Below are positions 36,483-51,070 of a stretch of DNA of 64,000 bases, piece after piece (the first letter of the stretch is position 1; each line of letters opens with the position of its first letter). The position numbers and the translations under genes were made by a program. The stretch covers positions 1,612,001 to 1,676,000 of the forward strand of contig NC_047080.1 in assembly GCF_902459465.1 (NCBI RefSeq), read 5' to 3'. Source of the DNA: Asterias rubens (lineage: Eukaryota). The notes beneath the pieces are model-generated. The model had not been told where the DNA came from. It did no database searches and saw only the letters and a list, made by a program, of their open reading frames with translations.

Positions 36483-37249
36483 TTAAACCTTGATAAGGGA
36501 ATGAAAGGGTAAGCGACAAGTTCTTAAACTGCCGTTTTAAACCGGACATTTTTAACCTTGTTTCACGTCGTCTGATGAACATACTGTGAACGATTTCCCT
36601 TGTATAGACAGCAGAGCAGAACGCTATGCAAAATGTATCAGTTGCTAAGAGTACTCAAAAATCATCATTTGCTAGTCTAGCATTCAGTGTGCACAAAACT
36701 TATACTGCTAGGCAAGATTGGTGAACAAAATCATTCACTGGAACATGTTTCTGAAGAAGTCACAGACCATGCACAGATTTAAGACAGCGCTAACCATTGT
36801 TTATTACAAAACCAGTTCTTTTAAATGCCTAACCAACATCTGCTATTTTTTATTTTATTTATTTTTTTTCGTCCCAGGTCCAGCCACCAGCTCTTTCATT
36901 GGGCTAGTTCACTCATTCTCCTGCCCTGCCCTGCCCGCCAAAAAAAAAAAAAAAAAAACACCTTGAAAATAAATTTCCCCCCTCCATATTACGGAGGCTT
37001 CCTGCCTTTACAACATGATCAATAGGAACCTTGGACGCTGTGAAACGGACAACAAGCAATTCATAAAGCCAGCGAGTCAATGACTCCTTCTCTACCCCTT
37101 GCTGACTTCATTGGCTGCCCAATGCCATCAGCCCCTGGATGGCAAGGTTTTAAATATTTCAATAGAAATATTGTTTTTCATGGATAGAGTTCGGACTATA
37201 CCCTAACAGTCCCAAAGACTGTGTGAGAAGACCTTGGATGTATCAAAGA

Positions 37250-37650
37250 CAGGATATACTTTTGGAAATTAACAAAGACTCGTATCCTCACTTAGTTTTT
37301 CCCTACATTTAAGCATGAAATCCTGGTAAAATTTGAGCTCAACTGGTCACCACAGTTGCAAGGAAATTATGAAAGATAAAAACATACTTGTTACATAGAA
37401 TTGTGCACTTTCAGATGCATGAGAAATGCTTTATGCTTTCTTAAAGGCACTGGACACTTTTGGAAATTTTCAAAGACTATCCTCACTTGGTTTGTCCCAA
37501 CATATGTATAACAAACCTGTAAAAATATGGGCTCGATTGGTCATCACACAGTTGCAAGACAATGATGAAAGATAACAACATCCTTTTTACATAGAATTGT
37601 GCGCTCTCAGATGAATGAGAACAAAACTGTATCATCGCATGATGAAGGCT
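37250..37650. mobile_element. Two adjacent degenerate TTAA MITE copies
   Basis: ttaaaggcactggacac at 37441, preceded by an older copy of the same interior. Confidence 0.6.
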
Positions 37651-38659
37651 TCCTTCCTGCTTTCTTAAGCAGGGATTGGTCAAGGGACAGTTAGAGTAAA
37701 GTGCATGATACATGTACGCACATTTTTTTTCAGAACACAAAATTGTATAATGTATATAATTAAAGGTGTTGAAGTATTGTATGAACTGGATGTAATAAAG
37801 CATACCAGAGAGATGTTTAAGCACATGAACTGAAAAAAAAAAAATTAAAACCCCGGACCCGGATGCTTTTCTTGCATAATCCCCATCATCAGGTGATGAC
37901 CATAACAGAACTCTCACCTCTCCATTTCATTCCAACGACCTCGACCCCTACCTAAGAAATGGTACAGTCCACAGCCTAAAACCCAATCAGTTACTCATGG
38001 TCAGCAGGCCTTGGTCAGTAAAAGCTCAACCCAGACAGCACTAATCATTACGGACACAATAAGTCTGGCCGGCAAGGCCACTCAGTCCACACACACAGAA
38101 AAAAGAAGAAGAAAAAAAAGAGAGAACAAAAAATTCCCAAACCTGGGCATTAGGCCAACATAACTGAAAAATATTAACATACATTTAAAACCTGGATTAC
38201 TGCTTTAGTTACTGATGAAGCCCAAGGCTTTATTGATCCAAGGTCCAGCTCTCACCTTGGGTTGACCAATGACATACAGGTTCCAAAGGGGGGGGTGGTA
38301 ATCCCAAGGGTCCAGTCCTTAAGAACACCAGGGCCTGGAATTTGGACAGATTGTCACCTCGTTTGGGGACAACTCCCCAAGCCCCCCTCTGGGTATTACA
38401 TCATAGACATTACCCCTCTACCAAATACAACATGGAGAGCCACACAATAATCCTTTATCATGGTGCAGCCATCTTGATATCAATGGTACCAAACAGAGGC
38501 TTGATAAATAGTCTGGTTCCTATTTGCAAAATGATTATAAGCATTCATTATTATTATGGGATACGGGAACAAGACCAAGATGGAGGTAGCATGATGATAG
38601 AGGTTTAAGACCCCTCCCCTTCACCTAACCTCAGTAGTGCAAACCCTCTTTTGGGTAAA

Positions 38660-39125
38660 AACAAAAGTTTACCTACAGAGCAATAATCTTTGAAAAGTTG
38701 ATACAAAAAAAATTCTTTTAAGGGACAACACTCCCTAAAAAGAGATTTATATGCCTACATGGTTGTACCGGTAAGTTTATAGTTTACCTTCAAAGTTTAC
38801 CTTCAAAGCAGCAATCTTTGAAACGTTGGAAATAAATTGACTCTTTTCAGAGCCAACACTACACTCCCTCATTAGATGTTTAAAACATGGTCGTATCCGC
38901 AAGATTATAGTGTATTCCTCTTTTGGGTCGAAACAAAAGTTCATCTACAGAGCAGCAATGTTTCTCCGAGATCTTTCTCCTTGAAGACGAGCCGAGTATA
39001 GCTGTTTGAAACGTCAAGACCAAACCGGCTGTTTTCAGAGCCAACACTCCATCAAAGGAGATTTACACATTGTTAGACCAATGAAACATGGTTGTACCCG
39101 CAAGTTTACTATTATTCATAGTTTA
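38660..39125 (+). repeat. Three degenerate tandem copies (~140-200 bp) carrying hammerhead remnants
   Basis: Recurring blocks cagagcagcaat...tttgaaacgt...cagagccaacactcc...catggttgtaccc(g)caagttta. The third copy has ttgaagacgagcc...gaaacgtc. Confidence 0.6.
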
Positions 39126-39913
39126 TTCTTGGCACTTATGATTAATGATTGTATTTACACCCTTGTTTTTATATGTTTTGTTCATTAGCATTTTGTAAAT
39201 TGCCAATTCTGTTTCCCCCCGCACAAAACAAGAAAAACACTTTTGTTACACAAGGAAGTCAATAGCACTGAAAGCATGTTTAACCATGTAGAAATTACAG
39301 TAGAAAAATGTGAACAATGAGGAAATGTTAGAAGTCCTGTAGGACAAAGCATTTCATTTTTTGTTTATTCCTACACAATTTGTTTTGCCATTTCCTGAAT
39401 AGCTGTTTTCGCCTAAATGATCAAAACAATGTTTTTTTCCAGCAATTTTGTTCCTTCTTTCTTTTCTCTACAGCATCAGGTTGAGAGTGTAGAATGTGTT
39501 ATGACACCTACACATAATGTTCATTAGTGTGAATTTATCATGCACAATATCCGTCATTAAACTACACTTCTGGTGTCGAGTTATCAGAGCCCTCGACACC
39601 TGCTTTTATATCTACATGGGTATCCTTGGAGAAAATTGTCCGGACACACCCTAAAATTACGTAACACTGAGCAGTGAATTGCTTTCTGTGAAAAAAAAAA
39701 CCTTCAAATTTTTAACCCAGACAAGATATGCAAATTTATATCTTATCTGACCATCGTCCAATGGAATTGCATCGGTCTGTTAGGTATTGAAGGACACTTT
39801 ATCCACCCCGGTACTAGGCCTTCCCTGGTGTTCGGATCATTGACCTGTTGCCACGTATCAATGGATGTCCGACCAATAATTGCATTACATTATCTAAAGT
39901 GTACAAGGTTGTT

Positions 39914-39946
<33 letters not shown>

Positions 39947-42900
39947 CAGGGTGAAATAATCTAACTCTGCCATGACAATTAGTGGCGAGATTGGACAAGG
40001 TCTTCCGAGTAAGGGTCCAGCCTTGTAAAGTGACCAATGGTCTCAGAATAAAGCAACAACCACAGCAGGAATGCTACCCTGAAAAAAAGTTGACCTTTTT
40101 TTATTTTCTAGAGAATATTGGCATTGTCCCAGAATTTAAAATCACAAGGTGAAATTTGGAGTCCAAATTTTGGACTGTTCCATTTCACAAGTGAAATGGA
40201 ATAAGCAAGTTTTCACCGCAGTTATTTATATTTTGTAACAAAATTTAGAACGAAATACGCTCAATATTCGTTTCATAAAACTCAATCTTTGTCCTTTGGA
40301 TTTTTTTTCCAAAATAAATACATAATCAACACGGAAATTCATCCTCCCCACGCTCTGATTATTGTAAAACACCCCTTCTAATCAAAATGGATGAGTCTAC
40401 ATATGAAGGTTGTCAACCATGTCCGCCCATACCTGGTTTGGACAAACAAGCAAGGAACAATTTTATTTTTTAAACAATACTTTACCGAAACATCAGTCCT
40501 TTAGCTATCCATGCTGGACTCTAAATTTCAGAGCATCCAACAAAACACATGACAGATAATAATGTCTGAGATATATAACTTTGGATTACATAAACTAGAG
40601 GATTGGAATGAATGTTATCAACCCCTTAAAAAACGGCAAATGCTCTTCCTTAAACATATAGCTCAGTGATGAAATGCTTACGGATTGTATTTTATTTTTT
40701 GTTGTGCTTGGGGAATCCTTACTACCTTTCTGAATTTTGGTTTTCAAAAAGCAAGGAATTTACCTTGAAATCACAATATTCAATGCTAAACTCTGATCCT
40801 TTCAAACTGTTTCCAAAGCCATTTTCTCTCCCTCTTTGTTCCAATAATTTTAAGGCTCCTTTTCTTAATTCTGTTTTGCTTCTTCTACTTCGTTTTTGGA
40901 GGACAACAAAACTGGACAGTTTCTTGAAAAGTCATTGTTATGGATGCAACCTTCGCATATCTCAGACATGACAACACGTCTTCGGCCATCACTACCGCTC
41001 CCTGTCATTGCAAACCACAGAAGACAATGCCAACGCCCACACTACTTTACTCATTCTGTAAACACACTGTGCAAACACAAACACTCAAAAGTAGTCCCGC
41101 AGCCATTTAAAACTTTCGGGCGCCAGGGTATTTCTAGTTTTGGATGTCATCTTCCAAAGGTACGCTTTTTGACCCCCTCCCCCCCCCCCCACCCTCACCC
41201 CATATAGTTGGGGTAGGGTTTACAGTTGAGTGGAACTGAAAAGAGTGAAATAAAAAACAGCTACGTTTGAGCCTCATTACTTCTTCTAAAATGGCCTGAT
41301 GAATGGTTACAACAGCAAGACAGACTGTTTCTGTGTTTGTACACAATCAACATAGTTACTTCTTGCTATATGTCAAAACTCTTGTTCAGCGAAAATTTGA
41401 ACTAAACGATACAAAATAAAGGAGAGATGGAGCAGCCTTACAGGGATCAACCCCTTAAAGATGACGCAACAGGCCGAAACAGCGCCCTCACTGAGATAAA
41501 TGCTTTCATTGGCTGAGAGTATTATGTGCAAGTAAGGCTACACATTTCCATTGTTCCTCATCAGCCATGACAGCCATTGCAAGGGGTGAAATTTTGTTTT
41601 TAAACCTTGAGTTTAAAACACATAACAATGTGGAGGGTTTTACTGGCTGTAAATGACCTCTACGTCTAGACCATGGGCAGGGTTGGACCCCTGGCAGTCA
41701 ATCAACATAAGCTGGTACCTTGGCCACCACCAGGAGTGGCTGGTCCTTGATGTCCACCAAGAAAGTCTGGTCAAGGATTTCTTCCCCTCCAAAACACAAC
41801 ATTCAGAGAGACCCCCTGGGTTTGCAGTGAAATTGACCATGGAGGCGGGCATTGCCTGTTGATAGACATTAGAACATGCAGGAGACATTTTTCATTTCTA
41901 AAAATTGTAAAATTCGTTCTATATTCACTCGCTTGCTTTCCCATTTCCAAATCTATTGGATGACTGTGCTAGGCACATATGGCATATCAAATCCATTTCT
42001 GAGCTGCAAATCTTGAGAAACTAGCCAATTCCACAATTTCAACGCATCTGTACACGATTATGAAGGATATAATATCAAAATTCTATGGGTTTTTGTTTAA
42101 GCTTACTTTTTAACAATATTATGCTAGCCAACCAATTGTGCTGAGGAATATTTTCAACTTTGGGGGTGACCAACGAAGAAATATTTTCATCAGAGCTGCT
42201 GTCATGTTCAAGAACCTGTGAAGAAAATGTAGTTGTGTTTCTCGAAAGGGCATGACTCACATTTGTAATTTTATTACAAATCAGAGGGAGATGTTCTTGA
42301 AAGATTGACATCATCATGTTGGATTTTTTTCATGGAAAACAGGGAAAGAAGACAACTTCGGATGGAAGTAAAGCAAGACACCATTTGCTAACGCACAGGT
42401 TTGGAATGTTCTAATAGTTCTTCTTGGAATGTCCCAACCTTTATGTCCATCTTTCCACCCCCCCCCCTATTAAAATAAAGACAAACATATTGACCAGCGA
42501 CCCTGGTCCTCAAAAAAAGTCTACCTGCCGTCAATGGCCTTGTTCCCGATGATTAACAGCGGGTCCTTGGTTTCCATGTGAATACAATTGACCAATCACA
42601 CATCATAAAGCAAACAGGCACGCCTATTCCTGGGGATTTCTATGTCACTGTGTGCGTCATACAGAAAAATTGTTACGTAACGCTTCTCTCTTACCTGGCA
42701 CAACCTTGGAACGGACAAAAAAAACAAAATGGATCTTGCGGGGCCTATGTATTTGTTTGGTCTTTTTTTAAAACTGCTCTGCTGACAAGAATGTGTTTAC
42801 TGAGGTTAGGGTTGTGATTAATTGGTGGGAGTGATTGAGAACTTATTTCTCAACTCAGTAATTGCCCTGAACAATGGGCCTAGAAAAAAAGGTGAACCTT

Positions 42901-45900
42901 TTCTGCTTAGCATTCTCCCTTAACAGTGGTCAGTTAAACACCTGAAGACCAGTCATAATTCTCACCAAGTGGTCAATCTGGCTAGCTCAGTGTTTAAAAG
43001 CATCCCTATTTCATTTGCAAAATGGACAAGAGAAGAAAAAAAACACTGGTTTTGTTTTATATAGGTTTCTCGAAGATTTGTAAAAACTCAAGTCTTTGAA
43101 TTTATTTTCAACTTCATGTGAAAATTTGGCTTTGGAAATAACAACCATCCAAACAGACAGCAGAGATGAGAATGGGAAATTTGAAGAATAAAATAAAGCA
43201 TTTTAAGATGGTTGATTCATCAAACAGAGTTTCATCGAATTGAAAGCACAAATATATTTCCTCACTCTGTTTGCCTCCTGAACAAATAGTTTTTTGAAAA
43301 GAGAAAACGTGTTTTCTCTGGGTTATTCCATTTTTACCAAAAGGGGTTAACTGTTCCAGTCTGGGGAGAGCTTGTCAGGAGACAGTGACTAAAGTGGAAA
43401 CTGCATTAAAACCCTGTTAAAATCAAGGCTGACCGATGGCACCATGTAGTAGACGCAGCTCTCTGATTGGTCAGCGGGGCAGGTGCTTTCAGACTAAAGC
43501 CATCTCGTAATAATCGCTTCATCCTTGGTTTACTCAGCTACTTGAATCATCCAACCCGCCAGAGAGGAAATATCGGACCAGTGGTCAGTTGGTCATTCTC
43601 TGGCTGGTCATTTACCCGAACCTGGGGAAAAAAAGCCATTATGGGATGGATGGATCAAGACTATAATAAAAAAAATTTCATTTGGGAATATCAAGGGTCC
43701 AAGGGTATCAGTGAAGCCTTGCTCTATATTATAATTGAGAGGGGGGTGGTGGTCAGATGGATGTAGCAGCCATTTTCATAATGGTCATCACGAGTTGTCC
43801 GGAAACAACATGGTCATTTTTGACTTTGCTTTTTTAAGTGTTTTCAAGGTTTATGCTCACAGTTGTTTTATCTGTTAATAATCAGGAGGATATGATCAGC
43901 ATTAAAAGCCAATACCAGGTTCCCCATCGTCAACTTAAAAGAGTATCCTAATCAGGGGATAATACCTCATCGAGGGCAATGTCAACCAATCAGAGAAGTC
44001 CATCTGGAGAAGCGGGATGCCAAAAAGGGATACCAAAAAGGGATACCAACTGTTGTTACATTGCACCAACATCGGAAAACATTTTGGGGCGGGTTATTTT
44101 CATTGTGAGCTTGAACCACAAAAACAATTTGAAAACTCTGCTGCAGAGGCAAGACAAAGACCCAGGGATGATGAGCCGAGGCTAGTGGGTTCTAAAAGGG
44201 GGGTGGGGTTGGGGAGGGGGGGTGTACACCCTACAACCTCAACTTCCCACCCTTCCTCAAAAACTGGTAACCTGGCTCAGTAGCTCCTATAAGTTTCTCT
44301 GGAACTAATTTTACCTCTTATCCCGCTCCCTCCCCCGTCCCCCACTCAGCCACCTGGATCCCCCTTGTAGCCAGTCTTATGGTTACCAAACATTTCCCAC
44401 AAAATAACATATTACTGTTTTTGCTTATCAACAATTTCATCTTACACTTCAACAACTGCTTCGCTGCACCATTTTCTCCTTCACAGATTACCATCAAAGT
44501 CATTGTTCTCTTGCCATCGTCGTCGTCGCAAGAAAAAAATTTTTTTTCTCGAGGCAACACTTTTTTCTTTCTACTCGTCAAAATTTCTCCATCACAAGGT
44601 AAAAGAAATGATTGAATCCGCAAGCGCAAGATCTTTCCAATTGTCTTGTCTTATGAACCCATCTGGCTTCTCCGCCTACAATCCAATCAGCATCAAGGTC
44701 ACGGTAAGGCCAGTCCGGGAATCGTATTTCAATATTTGTTAAAACGCCCAGAATTTGCAGCTTCTGCTATGATTTCTCTTTTTCTACCTCTTCAGTTTGA
44801 GCATCTGCGTTTTCAAATTGACAAGCCAAGAAACCACAATAGGCAAACAACATCTTGCAGACGAAGTCAGTTCTGGTTTACACCTGCAATTGTGAATACA
44901 TAATTGTTGCCATTGCCGCCACCCCCCCCCCCCCCCACCCCCAATAGAGTCAGTTTGAAATGTACAGATTACAAAACCAAAAGACACTGAGTACACCAAC
45001 AAAAGAAAACGTTTTATGGAGTGATTTGAGGTAAAGCTACAATTTGAAAATGTTATCGCACCAAAGTTCCACCCGTATATTCCTACTGGAACAAAACAAT
45101 TACACAGTCGTCATTTTCCAGGTTAACGTTTGTAAACATTCAAATACAAGACACATTTTCACTCCCCCAAAAAAATAATCTTGCCATAAATATTCTGGGA
45201 GAAAAAAGTATTTGGTTTTAAAAATCCATGACTCCCATCCAGAGAGGCTGTGAAACAAACTGGGGAAATTCTCAATCTTCATTAACTCAGAAACGACTTT
45301 GTTATCAAGCCATTATCTTTTCGCGCTACATGTATTTGTCCACATTCATCAAAGCTTAATGTACAGACGCCTCATCCCAAGAGAACATTTCGACCCATAT
45401 CCTTTCCTTTCTACTCTCCCTAAAGCTTTTTCCTTCTCCGTCCACCCACCCACACAAAACTCGTAATGGCCGACTCTCCATTGGTCATTAAACGGCGTGC
45501 TAGAACTGCAATTACTACTCTGGGAAAGAAAATACAAGTGCAGTGACAGGATATGGCGGAAAATTGTTGCCAATTCACCTTGTTCATGAGTTGTGGCTGC
45601 GGCTAGTGATTTGATGTAGAGATGTAGCCATAGCTTAATGAAGCTGTAGCCATTAATACACATTTCCCTGTCAGGACTCATGCTTTAGCCGGCAACATTT
45701 CCCTATGAATGTACATAACGCATCTCTTAACTTTTCTCTTAATTTACAATTGTGTAGTCGAAAAGAGTCCCTGGATTCAGTTGCCAGGGAAGAGGGGTTA
45801 GTTTTGCAGCGATATTGCAAGCCTTGAATTTGCAATTGTTAAAGAAATCTCTCAATTCAACCACCCCAAACTGTTTTTCTATCTTCCTTTGACCTTTTTG

Positions 45901-48900
45901 AAGACCTCGCAGTTTAGTCGGGTAGAAGCAATCCAATGTGAATTTGGGCCAGCCACAGTAATATCTACGTGTCAGTTTGTGTGTTGAGTAAATTTAGGGT
46001 TTCATTATTACAGTTTCATTATCACCCTAGTAGATCGGTTTTATTAGGACGGGTCTGCCCTGAATTAATCTGATGACAAGATGGGAAAAAAGAAACACTC
46101 TTCAGTTTATGAAGAGGTTGGGGGTAAAATGATCTGTTCAAGAACCTCTCATATGTGTCATGTACCCTGTGTTAACTAGCTATAACAATAACTATCAATT
46201 GTATCAAGCTGGGGCCAGACTGAATCCCTATATCATGCTGCGGCCATCTTGATTTTTGTTCTCCTTCACTACAGATCAATGTAACTAAACTGAGGCTTGA
46301 TGGAGAAATAGTCTGGTTCCTTTTTGTACAATGAATTGTACTATTAATTTCTGTTACTTGATATAGGGATCATGACCATGCTATGTTCCCCTTCAGCTTA
46401 CTTTGATGGCTACACCGATTTTAGAAAATGCAAGATGGCCAATGAAAGATTGAATGAACGCTACTTTAACAAACAAAAAAGGTTAACCCAAAACTGTCAC
46501 ATCACGGCTTGTGTTTACTGAAATCATGTCCGGGAGTGTATTCTCTGGAAAATCTATAGAAAATAGCGGCTTTTTCGTACCTGATACTTCCTTTCCAAAA
46601 CAAACAACGACATCTATAGCAACAGTTCAACAAAAGGACACGCTTCTCAAAATTAGAAGCGTTTTTTTTTCTCTCTCTCTCACTGTTTGTATTTCTGCCT
46701 ACGTGCGGTTACACTTTGAACTTGACTGTCATTTTAGGGTTTCCTTATTCATAGATGTAGAATCAATAAATGATATCCGGATATCAATGGAAAATGAAGT
46801 CGTTTGAAAGTTTCATATATACTGGAAAAGTACAATTTATTGCCATACAATTGTGGGAGGGAATTTGTCTGCACTTTTGGCAGAAGACTTTGAAGAACAA
46901 TGTGATTATTTCCCCCTTCTAATTATCCACAAAATTGATCAAATCAGCAGATATATTTCTAAAAGTATCAACATTTTCTTTCATATATACTTTCTTTCTA
47001 GATTGCAATATGAAGTGCATTTTTTCTGTATTTTGGGTTGAAGAGTTTAGAGAACAAAGTCTCTTGATTTGATTCCCCTTCTAAAAAAAATCCAAAACAG
47101 TTTTCAGATATATTTCTAAAGGTATTTAATTTTTTTCTTGAATATAATTTTGTTCAGATTTTTCAGACTGATCGTAAAGACAAATCATACATTTGTTTTA
47201 GCCAACCAGTCATTAACCATCAAGGTCATTAGTTTTGTATAAGGAGACTTAATTCTCATTGGCTATTGGTCATCACCAACCACCAAGGACAATTGGATAT
47301 GATTGGATGGAAACTAATGGGAAAACAGCCATGAAGACAAACAGTCTTGTTTGTACTGTGACTGACCATCAAGTTTTTTTTCTGTGTGTTTTTTTTCCCT
47401 GCAGAATGCGAGTTGTGGACAAATCAGCCTCAACATCTCACTGAATCCTTCTGAGATATCGGATAAATGGTGTGCAAGTGGGAAAATTGCACCCTAACGC
47501 CTCTTTCACATGAGAGCAATTTAGCACGGGTCAACTTACTAAATTGTAGCATGGTTGACAAATTTTACAAAATGTACATCGTGTGAAATTACAACAATTT
47601 TTGTACTCTCCAACAGTCCCTTGCAAATTATTGTCAAACATTGCTACATTCTGTCGGGGATCCACGATCAAAATCCGCAAGCAGAAGTCTTAAATACACC
47701 CTAGTCCTTTCGAATTGTCCATAAAATTAAAATGCCACAGGCACAATGACTGTGCACAAAATCTCTGCTACAACATGAACAATAATATTCCAATGTTTTC
47801 TTGGAAATGTGGCAACATAATTTGAAGAATTGTCCACGAGGTGATTACAACTACTACCTATGGCTTAAAAAAAATAAAAATAGAACAATGTTACTGTCTT
47901 TTACAATATTGGTGTATGATACACATAAAATATCTTGAGAGATTTTAGATTTTGTTTTTATTTGAGGGGGAAACAAGTTTTTCGGACAGTATGGCTGCAA
48001 ATAATACAGCCAGACTCAGACCAATTCAGGGCCATCACTAAGCCTTGTTACATAACACTGTCTGACAAACCAGCCAGGTATTGTTGGGCTAAACCATTCT
48101 CAATGTCACAGCATTTCGAGGGGTGAATGTAATAATCCTGCGCATTATTGGTCAAGCTCCGGGACTTATTATTATCCACTCTCCCTGCTTTCGAGTTTGG
48201 GTGTGGCAAATAAATTAGGAACTTCCATGAAATTGTGAAACCACAACTGGGAAATATATCATCGATACTCGGTTTTTGATCGCTTATTTTTTATTCGCAG
48301 AAACAGTTCTCGGTCCAGAGAAGATTCCATTTCCGTTATTATAAGAAGATTGATTTTGTTAAGTCAATAAATGGCTGAACTAAATATAGTCAACGACATG
48401 TACCAAGCCAGACAGTTTCAACAAGCAAAGAAAAGACCCGCACCATTTTTGTTGAAATTCATTCAAGGAAATTTTGCCCACATTGATATAGGCACAATTT
48501 GGCCGGTAGTATTATGTAATTATGCAATGGGGTCAACACAATAAGGTAGAATTTAAGCTTTCTCAAATAAAGTTTGTCCTCCAGGAAAAAGCTTTACCTG
48601 AAGAACAAAAATGCAGGCACCCACCTCTAGCACCAGCCTTGTGAAGTCATGCTTCCTGCATTTTTTTACAAACAAAAAAACCTTCACATATAAAAAAAAA
48701 AATTACCACAATGAAAAGCAACAACATTAACAAAAGCCAGGGGAAAAAAAAAAGACCACCCCCTTATCAGGGATTTGTCAACTTCTCTGAAGAGAGAAAA
48801 AGATCGGATCCCAGGCATACAACGACATCTGACTATGACACCCTACCTTTGTAGTATTCTTTACCATTTGTTTGTCTGATATGGTAATCAGTACCTATCT

Positions 48901-50043
48901 CAAGGTTGGCAGCCTTTTGTATTTTTGTTGTATTTTGCTTAGGTAATATCATCTCTTGGTGGTCCAATTCCCCTTGACTCTACACTAGAGTGAGCAAAAC
49001 AAAAGTTGCCAGGGACGATAACAGCCTAGCAAGGACTGACAAACTCGAAATGAAGTCTTGCAAACAAGCTCGGGATAGAAAGAAGTAGTGTAATGCACGG
49101 TTATTAACCATCGACTTTAAAAAATACCACTTTACAAAATGAACAAAAAACATTTTTGGAGGTACAACAGTCCTGTAAGTGGCCTACTATATTCCTACAA
49201 AGTAAACTTTCCTAGACATTTTTTTTTAAAGAAAAGATGAACCAGTAGGATTTTATACAGCAAAGTTTGAGGTAACATCACGTAATAATAATATCTAATT
49301 GAGTTGGGGTGGTTCTGGAAATGAATCAGACAAAATAATTGAAAATTTGAAGAAATATTGAGCTAACCTACAATATCTTTCGAAAGAACACTTTGCTAAT
49401 GCTAGGGAAAATTTCCAAATTTTAGAAGAAAAAAAATCAAAAAGACAAATGATTCAAGACAAAACAATTGTAATTTATAGAAATATTGAGCTATCAATCT
49501 TTAAGATTCAATTGTTTTTTTTTTTTTCTCAAAGGAACTTTCAATAAACTTATGCATCAAGTTATTTTAATGAACCTTGACTCTTTGAACAAGCCCATAA
49601 CCATTTCTTCTACCTCGACCAACTCAACCCCGGCTCTCTAGCAATCTGCCTCTGCAATATAAATCGCTCTTACTAGGTGAAGAAAAAAATTCCCTCTCTA
49701 AAATAAATCATAAATATGATCCAAGCTGGAGTAGGTCATTGAAAAACCCCGAGCAAATGCTACGGAAATGGCATCCCATAAATCGTTAGGTAAAGATCAA
49801 AGAACAACAACGAAAACACAAAACATTCCAAACTAAAAGGGCAGCAGACACAGCACGACTTGTCCGGCAACAGTCAAACATTTCCATGAAAATGAAATGC
49901 CACGCCTTGCATCTTTTCGTTTCATAAACATCTCTCGATTTTGAGTATTTTGTTCATGCTCTGCACCCAGACAAGGGCAAAATTTTCTCATCCAATTGAT
50001 AGGAATTTGAACCCTGACTCGGACCTTTAAGGTGCTAGTAGTG

Positions 50044-50405
50044 TTAAAGACACTGGACACCTTTGGTAATTTTCAAAGATAAGTTTTCTCACTTTGTGTA
50101 TCTCAACCTGTGCACAAAATAACAAACCTGTGGAAATTTGAGCTCAATTGGTCGTCAAACTTGCGAGAGAATATTGGAAGGAAAAAACGCCCTCGTCGCA
50201 CAAGTTGTGTGCTTTTAGATGCTTGATTTTGAGACCTCAAAATCTAAATCCGAGGTCTCAAAATCAAATTCAAACATTTTAGTGGTATTAAAGAAATTAC
50301 TTCATTCTCAAATACTACGTTACTTCAAAGGGAGCCTTTTTCGCAATGTTTCATACTATCAACAGCTCTCCATTGATCTTTTTTTCATGATTTTGAGTGA
50401 CAACC
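50044..50405. mobile_element. TTAA MITE copy, 3' end decayed
   Basis: ttaaagacactggacacctttggtaatt..., with the internal gagacctc/gaggtctc palindrome. Confidence 0.75.
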
Positions 50406-50886
50406 AATGCCTGGTATACATGTAGTAAGTGTTCAACATTTCAAAAAAACATCACATCACGATTGATAACAAAACTCAGAAACATTACCACGAATACTTT
50501 TCCATTTTCTTTTTCTTACCCTAAACTCAAATTGTTTAAATAAATGACTTTGCTTTTCAAATGAACTTTGCCTCCCCTTTGTATAAAGATGAACTTTGCC
50601 ACAGTGGAGAAAACATGTTTTTGTTGTGTTTTTGTGTTTGTATTTTGTGCTTGTATAAACAAAATTCCAAGCAATGTTTCCCTTGAGGTTTATTACTTGA
50701 TATTTGAAATAAAAAGTCACATTCCCTTTAGGTGATCCCTCTGCCACCGATTCTCAAGTTGTATCACAAACTTGGGTGTGATCCCTGGCTACATGGCAGT
50801 TACAGGTTGAATGGCTTCTGACTGGCACCCGAAACGGAGATTTAAAAACAAAAGACGAAAACTGCCAAATTAGGGCTACAGCTCAG

Positions 50887-51070
50887 TTAAAGGAACACAT
50901 TGCCTTGGATCGGACGAGTTGGTCTATACAAAGCGTTTGTAACTATTTGTTATAAAATGCATGGTTAGAAAGATGTTGTAAAAGTATAATACAATGATCT
51001 GCACAAATTTGCCTCGAAATTGCATGGTTTTCGTTTTACTTTGCAAGCTAACACGGTCAAAGCTATACCC
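50887..51070. mobile_element. Fragment of a probable second TTAA-AG-terminated MITE family
   Basis: ttaaaggaacacattgccttggatcggacgagttgg...; the other terminus was not seen. Confidence 0.45.

Noticed and set aside
38213-38240. CTGATGA hammerhead-like starts here and at 36569, 41557 (minus) and 57038
   Set aside because: Each lacks either a stem II followed by GAAA or a helix I.
44195-44345. G-quadruplex-prone G and C runs (also ~33600, 41170, 44920)
   Set aside because: Homopolymeric G/C runs are common throughout this window, and nothing singles these out.
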